Virus record (IMG/VR): IMGVR_UViG_3300037462_000487
Coordinates: 1 to 64,000 of that record
Length of the DNA stretch: 64,000 nucleotides
DNA from: a virus
Lineage: Duplodnaviria > Caudoviricetes
Direction: 5' to 3' (one strand)
Part shown: one piece after another, positions 8,041 to 15,657 of the stretch
How positions within the stretch are numbered: the stretch's first letter is position 1
Layout: the number at the start of each line of letters is the position of its first letter
Translations under genes and position numbers: made by a program
Notes under the pieces: generated by a model
The model's input: only the letters and a program-made list of their open reading frames with translations
Database searches by the model: none
Told to the model about the DNA's origin: nothing

Positions 8041-8946
8041 TTACAGGTCGGGGTTCTGCCGCAGGAAAGCCAGAAGCTGCTCCCCGGCGTTATCTGCGGA
8101 GCAGGCTTCACACCCGCCAAAAGAACGCGGCGTTGACAGCAGTGCCCAACTCTCAGCCAGCGTCAGCAGGGAGAAGTTGCAGTGCCACGCCGAAGCACGG
8201 TGGAACAGCGTATCATCGGCAAAGTCAGTGCCGCGAAAGTGACAGCGCTGAAAAAAGCCGCCTGAGAAGCTGGTGGCACGCACGGTACACTGTGCCAGTG
8301 TACATTCGTACCAGCCGGTATTCCAGGCGCGGCTGTGGTCAAACAAACACGAGAAAAAGCGGCACTTGTGGAAGGATTTGTTATCGAAGTTGCATTGCAG
8401 CAGCTTCAGATTGACAAAATCAAAGTCACTCAGGTAGCCTTTCCAGGCGGTGAAATCTGCTCCGGTGAGCAGATCGCTGGCGTAGATGATAGATGAGGTG
8501 CGGTCATCAATCCAAAAAGCATCGTCTTCGGCTAGATCGAGTACCGCTTGAAGCCATTCCTTTTCCTCAGGGAAGGCAAAAGACTGGCTGACAACCAGTG
8601 GCCGATCCGTCAGCCGGGGTTCCCACAGCCGGCCGCAGGAACGATACTGCGGAAAAGCTTCCGCAAGGTACCGCAGCAGATTGCTATCCGCCATTGGCAC
8701 TTCGTCTGCGTCAAAATTGAGCAGCTTGAAAAAGACTTCCAGCGGCACGCTGCTACCGCTGGCGGCTCGCACCCGACCATCATCAGGGGTGTAGATGAAC
8801 TTTTCGCGGCGCTGCATGGCGGCACGAAACAAATCTAGCCTGGTTTGGTTCGGGAACTGCCAGGGTGCCACAAACCCCTCCCACTTGGTGGCGCTGACGG
8901 CTTCAATGAGATCGGTCAAAAACCTGTTGAACTGGTGCAGTGACAT
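8041..8946 (-). CDS. Pentapeptide-repeat protein with distinct N-terminal domain
   Basis: C-terminal degenerate repeats (CNFDN KSFHK CRFFS CLFDH ... CTLAQ ... TSFSG GFFQR CHFRG TDFAD); GGAGGAG RBS; paralogue of 1..982. Confidence 0.82.
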   Translation of the reverse strand: MSLHQFNRFLTDLIEAVSATKWEGFVAPWQFPNQTRLDLFRAAMQRREKFIYTPDDGRVRAASGSSVPLEVFFKLLNFDADEVPMADSNLLRYLAEAFPQYRSCGRLWEPRLTDRPLVVSQSFAFPEEKEWLQAVLDLAEDDAFWIDDRTSSIIYASDLLTGADFTAWKGYLSDFDFVNLKLLQCNFDNKSFHKCRFFSCLFDHSRAWNTGWYECTLAQCTVRATSFSGGFFQRCHFRGTDFADDTLFHRASAWHCNFSLLTLAESWALLSTPRSFGGCEACSADNAGEQLLAFLRQNPDL

Positions 8947-8966
8947 GGTAGACTCCTCCGGGGATC

Positions 8967-9001
8967 AAAAAAAAACCCGTCAGCCAGATAGCTGACGGGT
9001 T
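8967..9001 (-). terminator. Rho-independent terminator (copy 2)
   Basis: Same hairpin as 7991..8022 except one loop base, with a longer U-tract. Confidence 0.85.
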
Positions 9002-9015
9002 AGTGGTTGAAAATG

Positions 9016-9432
9016 TTAGAAACCGTACAGATCAGCACCGTACAGATCAGCACCGTCCAGATCGGCACCTTTCAGATTGGCACTGTCTAGTTTGACACCG
9101 CCCAGGTTGGCACCCGCCAGACGGCAGCCCGCCATTTCTACACGGCGCATTAACGAGCCGGAAAAATTGGTACGGGCGAAATTGATGTATTCAAACACAG
9201 ACCCGGACAAATCCCGGTACTGCTCCGGGATGCCGGACAAATCCAGCCCGGAGAGGTCGGCCCAGACTTCCCAGGGCTTTTCTCCGGGCGGAATTTCCCG
9301 CACCAGCCGAATCCCTGCCAGCGGCGGATCGTTGTAGCTGCGTTTTTCCGGGTCAGTGGAATCATCGTCACTGAAAAAAGCGACAATTTGACGAAACTCG
9401 TGAGCGGTGAGGCTTTGCAGGTCATTAGTCAT
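9016..9432 (-). CDS. Short pentapeptide-repeat protein lacking the C-terminal domain
   Basis: N-cap DPEKRSYNDPPLA, WADLSGLDLSG, ANLGG VKLDS ANLKG ADLDG ADLYG ADLYG; ends immediately after the repeats. Confidence 0.85.
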   Translation of the reverse strand: MTNDLQSLTAHEFRQIVAFFSDDDSTDPEKRSYNDPPLAGIRLVREIPPGEKPWEVWADLSGLDLSGIPEQYRDLSGSVFEYINFARTNFSGSLMRRVEMAGCRLAGANLGGVKLDSANLKGADLDGADLYGADLYGF

Positions 9433-10205
9433 TGCATCATCTCCTGTTCGATACTGTCAATGATTTGCAGTGCCTGCGTCAGGCGCTCCGGGACATCGTA
9501 CTCCCGCTGTGCCCGTTCCCGCGCCTGATCGGCGGTGCCGGTGAAACATCCCTGATTGATAACGATGGTGCCGTCCTCGGACAGTCGCCCATCAGCATCG
9601 ACCAGCCAGGCAAACACCTGATTACCATTGCGGGAATACGGCGCGTCAAACTGCCGGATCAGGTCGTTCTCTATCAGAGCGCCACTCAGGTTCGCGTCGC
9701 GCAGGTTCGCACCACGCAGGTTCGCACCACGCAGAGTCGCGCCAGTAAAGTTCGCGCCATCTAGAATCGCGCTGGCGAAGTTCGCGCCAGCGCAGTTCGC
9801 GTCGCGCAAAATTGCGCCAGTCATATCTGCGCCACGCATGTTTGCGCGACGCAGCTTTGCGCCAGCAAAGTTCGCGTCACGCAGGATTGTGCCAGTCATA
9901 TCTGCGCCACGCATGTTTGCGCGACGCAGCTTTGCGCCACGCAGGTTCGCACCAGTAAAGTTCGCGTCGCGCAACTTTGCGCCACGCAGGTTTGAGTAAC
10001 ACAAAACTGAACAAGAAAAATCGCGGCAGTGGATCGGCATACCTGTCAGATTTAGATTAGACAAGTCTAACCTCCACAGAATACAATCCGCCAGCGGCGG
10101 GTTCGAGCTGCTGCGGTTTTCCGGGTCAGTGAACGTATCTTCACTGAACGCGGCGGCGATTTCACGAACTTCAGTCGCGGTGAGGCGTTGCAGATTGTCA
10201 GTCAT
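9429..10205 (-). CDS. Pentapeptide-repeat protein
   Basis: ANFTG ANLRG AKLRR ANMRG ADMTG tract with internal duplication; N-cap DPENRSSSNPPLA; C-domain IRQFDAPYSRNG...NQGCFTGT. Confidence 0.92.
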   Translation of the reverse strand: MTDNLQRLTATEVREIAAAFSEDTFTDPENRSSSNPPLADCILWRLDLSNLNLTGMPIHCRDFSCSVLCYSNLRGAKLRDANFTGANLRGAKLRRANMRGADMTGTILRDANFAGAKLRRANMRGADMTGAILRDANCAGANFASAILDGANFTGATLRGANLRGANLRDANLSGALIENDLIRQFDAPYSRNGNQVFAWLVDADGRLSEDGTIVINQGCFTGTADQARERAQREYDVPERLTQALQIIDSIEQEMMQ

Positions 10206-10229
10206 TGCATCATCTCCATGGGTTTCTTT

Positions 10230-10964
10230 TTAAAGGTTAGTCGATGAGTTCGGCTTTGTCAAGGCGAAAACGAATTTGCCACCCTGACCGGGCTGCGCGG
10301 CAATAACGCGCAGGTTGCGTGAAGGAATACGCCAGCGCGGCGTTTCCGGGAACTGGAAGAAAACACTGCTGGTTAAAGTATCGGCAGCGTCTTGTGGATT
10401 GGTGCGGGTGACGGATTTGTACAAGTCGTACAGCGACAGACTCCGTCCCCAGAACGTAAACCAGCGGCGGCCTGCCAGCCGGGCCAGCGCATCTTCCCGC
10501 GATTTGCCGGCAGCGGCAAATCGCTGTGGCAGAACGGGAAACAACACCGGAGTCGCACCAGCAGCAGGGCGAAAACCGTACCACGCCAAAAAGTGCCGCT
10601 GGCGCAGTTCCGCCACGACAAAGTAAATCGGGCGGTTGAATGGCAGACACAGCGGGTTAGCCAGCCACACCCGCACCACCTGACTGGCATTGTCTAACCC
10701 CGGAATAAAAGCCAGTTCCGGGATGACTTCAGTAAAATTTAATACAAGGGGGTATCGCTGCGATTCAAAAGACAGACTCCGCTGCACAGCAGCGGTATGC
10801 AGCACCTTGTCCTGAAAATTCCGGCGGCGCAGCCGCCGCGTGTTGCGCGAGGAATTACCGGCACGGGGATGCATTCCACGCGCCCACCGGGGGTTTCCCC
10901 GGTCGGGGTTACGAAAGGCATAGGCGTTTTCATGGATGTAGTTATTGTTGTGGTCAAATGGCAT
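10230..10964 (-). CDS. Hypothetical protein, basic/aromatic
   Basis: 244-aa ORF with GAGGG RBS, continuing the minus-strand chain. Confidence 0.65.
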   Translation of the reverse strand: MPFDHNNNYIHENAYAFRNPDRGNPRWARGMHPRAGNSSRNTRRLRRRNFQDKVLHTAAVQRSLSFESQRYPLVLNFTEVIPELAFIPGLDNASQVVRVWLANPLCLPFNRPIYFVVAELRQRHFLAWYGFRPAAGATPVLFPVLPQRFAAAGKSREDALARLAGRRWFTFWGRSLSLYDLYKSVTRTNPQDAADTLTSSVFFQFPETPRWRIPSRNLRVIAAQPGQGGKFVFALTKPNSSTNL

Positions 10965-11013
10965 GGGGTTCCCTCAGGAACGCTAAATAAACCCTGTAAA
11001 AAAGGGGGTATAA

Positions 11014-11163
11014 GTGCTGTGCAAAATGCACAAAAGGCAAGGCAGGTACGAGGCAGGTGCTGTGCAAAATGCACAAAAGGCAAGGCAGGTACGAGGCAGG
11101 TGCTGTGCAAAATGCACAAAAGGCAAGGCAGGTACGAGGCAGGTGCTGTGCAAAATGCACAAA
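11014..11163. repeat. Tandem 43-bp repeat (3 full copies plus 21-bp partial)
   Basis: GTGCTGTGCAAAATGCACAAAAGGCAAGGCAGGTACGAGGCAG at 11014, 11057 and 11100, partial at 11143; each contains the dyad TGTGCA-AAA-TGCACA. Confidence 0.95.
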
Positions 11164-11283
11164 GCGGGGTACTATGTGGGACGCGGGCACGTAGTTTAGA
11201 CGCGCCTAAACTTTGTCGATTTATCACATTTTATCGCAAATTATCCCAAATTAACGGGGTTTTTTGTGCAAATGTGACAAAAA

Positions 11284-11317
11284 GGAGCACTACCTGTTAC
11301 TTACCAGGTAGTGCTCC
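11284..11317. terminator. 13-bp hairpin, bidirectional terminator-like
   Basis: GGAGCACTACCTG-8 nt-CAGGTAGTGCTCC flanked by A-runs on both sides. Confidence 0.6.
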
Positions 11318-11395
11318 AAAAAACGTGTGACAGGGGGAAATACAGGGGGTTAAAAAGCGGCATAATAATAAGTAAGGCTTGTAATAAAGCAAATA

Positions 11396-11421
11396 AACCC
11401 GGCAGCGTAAGCTGCCGGGTT
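11396..11421 (-). terminator. 11-bp hairpin, terminator-like
   Basis: AACCCGGCAGC-GTAA-GCTGCCGGGTT, U-rich downstream on the minus strand. Confidence 0.6.
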
Positions 11422-11523
11422 AAGGTAAGGGTTACAATAAAACACGCGTCGGTCAAGCCAGCAGGCGGTAATACAACAGGCTAGAGAAGTGTGGTAGTCA
11501 CCTTAAGCGAGAGAGAGGGCGAA

Positions 11524-11547
11524 ACCCCGCCCGGTAAGGGGCGGGGT
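11524..11547 (-). terminator. Hairpin after gene 11557..12204
   Basis: ACCCCGCCC-GGTAAG-GGGCGGGGT, 9 nt after the stop codon. Confidence 0.6.
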
Positions 11548-11556
11548 ACTGTGAAC

Positions 11557-12204
11557 TTATTCGGCGGTGGCGGCGGCTTCAGTGGTGGCGGCGGGCGTTT
11601 CGGCCGGCGCTTCGGCTAACAGCGCCTGCGCTTCTTTTGCCGCCTGCGCGGCAAAAACGTCTAAACGTTTTGCCAGGGCGCTCTTGCCCGCCGGAGTCAG
11701 GGTCGGAGCTTTCGCATTGCTCCACTGCGCCACCGGGCGGTCACGCCCGATGAGGCTTTTGAACAACCCTCGGAGGAAAACTTCATTAAGTCCTGTGTCT
11801 TCAGGGTATTCCCATCCCGTAACAGTACGGTAGATACGATACTCGACCGATGTAATACCGGTGCGAGTTACTTCATTCAGTCGCCCGTTTCCATCCTCCC
11901 CCAGGGCAACCGGGGTGGAGACGGTAAGGGTAAAGAGAATGTCATCTTCAGGGTCTTCCGTGAGGATAGCCACAGGTTTGACTTTCCCGCCGCGCGTGAC
12001 CACTGCGCTGCTGAACCTCCGTCCTTTTGCGTCCGATCCAGCGTAAATTGAGTCTTTCGGCAGGGCAGGCAGTGCGAAGGACACATATTCAATGGGGGCA
12101 TTCTCTGCTTGAAGGAAAATGGCGCGAGCTGGCGCTTCCCGGATAGCGCCCAGGATGGCACGGGTATCGGCATAGAACCGAGTCATTGCATTGTCGATAG
12201 TCAT
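11557..12204 (-). CDS. Hypothetical protein, first gene of the leftward transcription unit
   Basis: 215-aa ORF, AGGAG RBS, Ala/Glu/Thr-rich tail, followed by hairpins. Confidence 0.8.
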   Translation of the reverse strand: MTIDNAMTRFYADTRAILGAIREAPARAIFLQAENAPIEYVSFALPALPKDSIYAGSDAKGRRFSSAVVTRGGKVKPVAILTEDPEDDILFTLTVSTPVALGEDGNGRLNEVTRTGITSVEYRIYRTVTGWEYPEDTGLNEVFLRGLFKSLIGRDRPVAQWSNAKAPTLTPAGKSALAKRLDVFAAQAAKEAQALLAEAPAETPAATTEAAATAE

Positions 12205-12457
12205 GGTAGGACTCCTGTAGGGTTAGCCGGGTACCCGGCAATGAGTAGGTTTGTTACGCGCCGGGCAACCCTGCCGGGGCGCGTGATTTACGATTGTCGC
12301 ATAATGCTTAATAGGCATGATGCGACCATCGAAAATTTCATAGTAATATACGCCAAACAATGGAGTCTGTCGGCAAAATAGGCGGCAAGACACAATCCGG
12401 GCTAAAAAGCCTAGCGGCATTGTTAAGCTAAGTGTTAAGGTGCACCTGCGCCAGCGT

Positions 12458-12491
12458 GGGCGCGGGGGGCGCGGGGGCGCGGGGGCGCGGG
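12458..12491 (+). repeat. G-run repeat (G3-CGC-G6-CGC-G5-CGC-G5-CGC-G3)
   Basis: GGGCGCGGGGGGCGCGGGGGCGCGGGGGCGCGGG in the divergent intergenic region. Confidence 0.9.
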
Positions 12492-12782
12492 CTGAGCAGG
12501 TCTTACACTCTTATAGTAAGCTATTTAGATTAATGGTTTATGAGTAACCGCTTAGCGCCAGCTAAGAGAAATCAGTAAGATACCTGGCTAATGACCGGGT
12601 AAGGTGCAATGCTAATAGCCCTGTCACTATGCCATGTCGCCCGGCGCGGTAAGACAAGGCGCTAATAGCCAGGTAAGCGATATATTTCAGAAAAGCGGGT
12701 TAAAGTTGTAGTTAAGCCCATTCAGACACAGACACCAATTTTGAATTTAAGTCCCGTTTTGAATTAGACGAGAAAAACTGTG

Positions 12783-12810
12783 AATCTACAAAAATCTACA
12801 AAAATCTACA
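12783..12810. repeat. 10-bp tandem repeat AAAATCTACA (~3 copies)
   Basis: AATCTACA AAAATCTACA AAAATCTACA read directly. Confidence 0.85.
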
Positions 12811-12857
12811 TCGAAGATGAGAAATTCTCATAAAAGTGGGGTGTGCGCCGAATCTGT

Positions 12858-12901
12858 GTTACAAAACTTCTATAATATATATATAATAGAAGTTTTGTAA
12901 C
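12858..12901. promoter_or_regulatory. 44-bp near-perfect palindrome (copy 1)
   Basis: GTTACAAAACTTCTAT-AATATATATATA-ATAGAAGTTTTGTAAC; exact reverse complement at 56102..56145. Confidence 0.85.
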
Positions 12902-12955
12902 GCGCAAACGTGCACGCTGTAAACATGCCTATTACCAGACTCATAGTTTACCTTC

Positions 12956-12984
12956 TTGACAATTCCCGGTTTGTATGTTATAAT
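12956..12984 (+). promoter_or_regulatory. Sigma70-type promoter of the packaging operon
   Basis: TTGACA-17-TATAAT with TG extension. Confidence 0.85.
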
Positions 12985-13013
12985 GTTACGTCAGATAAAT
13001 CAGGATTTTAACT

Positions 13014-13421
13014 ATGGGAAAACCACGGCTTTCTCGCATTGATTATCTTGCTCTGGGTAAGCAGCGCCATCTGACGCTGGTGTCTCTTGTGACTCCGACA
13101 GATCGGGAAGAAAAAGTGGAGTGGCGCTGTAATCTGTGCCAAAAAATTTCGCGTCGCAGTTTTCGCGGCGTTAAAGAGAGTCAGTACTCCTGTACCTGTC
13201 AGGAGCCGCGACTGCACAATCCGCAGCAGTATCGGGATGCCGGGCTGGCTGTCGGGTTAGAACTGGTCGCTGCGCAGCTACCTGCCAGTGTTGCTCATAA
13301 GACGCGCTGGCGCACGGCTGCCGGCACTGAAATTGAACTCAGCTACAACCAGGTCAAAAATCTTACCCCGGCAAAGTTGTTAGTGCTGTTAAATCGGAGT
13401 CGTCATGGCAAAACTGGCTAA
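13014..13421 (+). CDS. Zinc-ribbon-like hypothetical protein
   Basis: WRCNLC...SCTC cysteine pattern; first gene after the promoter. Confidence 0.65.
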   Translation: MGKPRLSRIDYLALGKQRHLTLVSLVTPTDREEKVEWRCNLCQKISRRSFRGVKESQYSCTCQEPRLHNPQQYRDAGLAVGLELVAAQLPASVAHKTRWRTAAGTEIELSYNQVKNLTPAKLLVLLNRSRHGKTG

Positions 13422-14055
13422 CTCACTCGTCAACATGCTGGAACTCAGTACCGCCGACAAAATCATTGACCTGGCTTCGCAGGGGTTAACACTCCATCAG
13501 ATTGCTACGCTGTTGAAGCTGGATCGGCGGCGCGTCAGCGAAGCCATTCAAACCTGGATGGCAGAAGTTCATACCGAATTACTCGACAAAGTAGAGACGC
13601 TGCATACCGTCGAACTGCAACGACTGGATTACATGTACAGCAAAGTAGCCCCTTATGCGTTTCCGCGTATTGATCCAGAGTTCCCGGAAGTTGAAATTCC
13701 GCCGGATCGCGGTATGCTGCAACTGCTCCTGAACATCATCAAAGAAAAACGTGAGTGGATCAAGCAGTTGCAGGAAGCGGAACGCAAAGCCAGAGAGCGC
13801 GGCACCATTTCCTTCGACAGCTTTGAAATTACCATGCACGGACATAATCCGCTGTATGAACGCGCCCGTGTAGAAATTGCCAGCGAAGCAGAAGCTAAGT
13901 CTTCGGCAGAACCGTCGGCTGCGGCGGATATGCCGGTAACTGATCTCTACACATCGTCAAAAGCGCAGTCTTTGCTGGCGGAAACTGAGAAAGAAATTAA
14001 ACGAATTGGCTCCTATTACCCGGACAAACGGACGGGGGCAGACGATGACGACTAA
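13405..14055 (+). CDS. Putative terminase small subunit (HTH)
   Basis: N-terminal HTH-like LASQGLTLHQIATLLKLDRRRVSEAIQ, helical centre, directly upstream of terL. Confidence 0.65.
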   Translation: MAKLANSLVNMLELSTADKIIDLASQGLTLHQIATLLKLDRRRVSEAIQTWMAEVHTELLDKVETLHTVELQRLDYMYSKVAPYAFPRIDPEFPEVEIPPDRGMLQLLLNIIKEKREWIKQLQEAERKARERGTISFDSFEITMHGHNPLYERARVEIASEAEAKSSAEPSAAADMPVTDLYTSSKAQSLLAETEKEIKRIGSYYPDKRTGADDDD

Positions 14056-15649
14056 ACCTAAAACCGGCGGCAAGGGCCGCCCTAAAAATTATAATTACCT
14101 GGCGCAGGTACCCGTTACGCCCGAACAAAAAGAAGAACTGGCTGCCGCTGCTGCCGCTAAAAAGCAGTCGCTGCCTGCCGATGAAACTGCGCCGAAGGGG
14201 TTTGTCACGGTTGCCCGCGCGGAGCAGTGGCTGGTAGAAAAATCGCGGGAAGACTGCGCTACGTTTATTGAGTATGTCAGCGGCCGGACGCTGGCCCGTC
14301 ATCACCGCATCTGGCTGGCAAACATCTTCCACCCGGAGCGCTCGCGCCTGAACTTTATTGCGCCGCGTGAATCGGCTAAATCTACCATCATGATCTATGC
14401 TCTGGCCTGGGTGATTGCTAAAGCGCCGCTGCTGACTCATGCGGTAATTTCCGTTAGCGCGTCGCAGGCGGAAGATCGCTTACGCATGGTGCGCAGCATC
14501 CTGACTAGCGTCCGCTTCAAGAACGTCTTTCCCTGGATTGCTATCGACACTGCTTTTCCCGATACCCAGACACAACTCACGGTGTTGTCGCGGGAAAACA
14601 ACATGCCGTACAACGTCTGGCGCTCGCAGGTGGCCCGTCTGGGTTCCCTCAAAGACCCGACGCTGCTGGTGAGTGGCAACGGTGGGCGAGGCATTATCGG
14701 TCGGCGTTTTAGCGGTCTTTTACTGCTGGATGACATCATTGACGAAACCTACCTGAAAGACGAATTGCAGGAAAAAGTCATGAAGTACATCGTTCAGACG
14801 CTGCTCCCCTGCGTGCAGTCAACCGGCAAAGTCATCAACATTGGCACGCGCTGGATGTTGAACGATGTCCCGGAACGTCTCATCAACAATCCTGCCTGGC
14901 ACAGTGTCGTGATCCGGGCGCTGGAAACTGATCCGACGACTGGCGAATTATGTTCTTACTGGCCGGAATACTGGCCGGTAGACACGCTGCTCAAAAAGAA
15001 AGCTGAAATGGCAAATGATGCCCTCTTTCAGATTATGTACCAGAACGATCCGTCGGCGCTGACGGCTTCGCTGTTTACGCCGCAGTCGTTGAATCGTGAT
15101 CTGCCGGAAGTGCTGCCGCCTCTCAAAGAAGTTTATATTTCAACCGACTTTGCCATTTCCCAGAAAACTTCCGCCGACTACACCGTCTACGCGGCTCTGG
15201 GTACCGATACCGCCGGCAATCTGTATCTGCTGGATATGCTGCGTCTGAAGGCCAGCCCGGAAACGCTGGTCGAAGAACTGGGGCGTTTTTGTGATCGCAT
15301 TGGAGCTACGTATCACCGCCTGACAGCAGTCTTAATCGAACAGGTAGGCTTTCAATCGCTGCTGCAATCTTATATTGGCAACTCACGCCCGGATTTGCCG
15401 CTGGTGCCTCACGTCCCCAAAGGCGATAAAATGCACCGGGCTAAATACCTCTCCGGTTTAGCGCAGGCGGGTAAGTTGTTCATTAACCAGAAAATCACTC
15501 TGATTGACTACCTCAAGTCGGAGTGGCTGAACTTTCCGCTGCATCGCCATGACGATACGCTGGATGCAGTCAGTCTGTTCTGTCAGTATCATGGCGCAGG
15601 CGTTTCGGTACGCAGCGTCCGCCAGATCAAAAGTCCGTTTTTAATCTAG
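14045..15649 (+). CDS. terL: Terminase large subunit
   Basis: Walker A-like FIAPRESAKST, Walker B LLLLDD, coupling motif IGTRW, RNase H-like nuclease ISTDFAIS...ADYTV and HDDTLDA. Start reassigned to ATG 14045. Confidence 0.93.
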   Translation: MTTKPKTGGKGRPKNYNYLAQVPVTPEQKEELAAAAAAKKQSLPADETAPKGFVTVARAEQWLVEKSREDCATFIEYVSGRTLARHHRIWLANIFHPERSRLNFIAPRESAKSTIMIYALAWVIAKAPLLTHAVISVSASQAEDRLRMVRSILTSVRFKNVFPWIAIDTAFPDTQTQLTVLSRENNMPYNVWRSQVARLGSLKDPTLLVSGNGGRGIIGRRFSGLLLLDDIIDETYLKDELQEKVMKYIVQTLLPCVQSTGKVINIGTRWMLNDVPERLINNPAWHSVVIRALETDPTTGELCSYWPEYWPVDTLLKKKAEMANDALFQIMYQNDPSALTASLFTPQSLNRDLPEVLPPLKEVYISTDFAISQKTSADYTVYAALGTDTAGNLYLLDMLRLKASPETLVEELGRFCDRIGATYHRLTAVLIEQVGFQSLLQSYIGNSRPDLPLVPHVPKGDKMHRAKYLSGLAQAGKLFINQKITLIDYLKSEWLNFPLHRHDDTLDAVSLFCQYHGAGVSVRSVRQIKSPFLI

Positions 15650-15657
15650 GAGTACAC

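Noticed and set aside
1804-10205. Diversity-generating retroelement among the pentapeptide paralogues
   Set aside because: Differences between the similar segments of 1804, 9016 and 9429 involve all four bases rather than being adenine-specific, and no reverse transcriptase is in the window.
11014-11163. 43-bp repeats as a CRISPR array
   Set aside because: Units are contiguous and identical, with no unique spacers; no cas operon is present.
11221-11250. DnaA boxes
   Set aside because: TTATCACAT, TTATCGCAA and TTATCCCAA deviate from TTATCCACA by two or more positions.
10739-11330. ORFs 10739..11227, 10797..11330, 10954..11190, 11014..11199
   Set aside because: They are translations of the tandem repeat, with repetitive peptides and no RBS.
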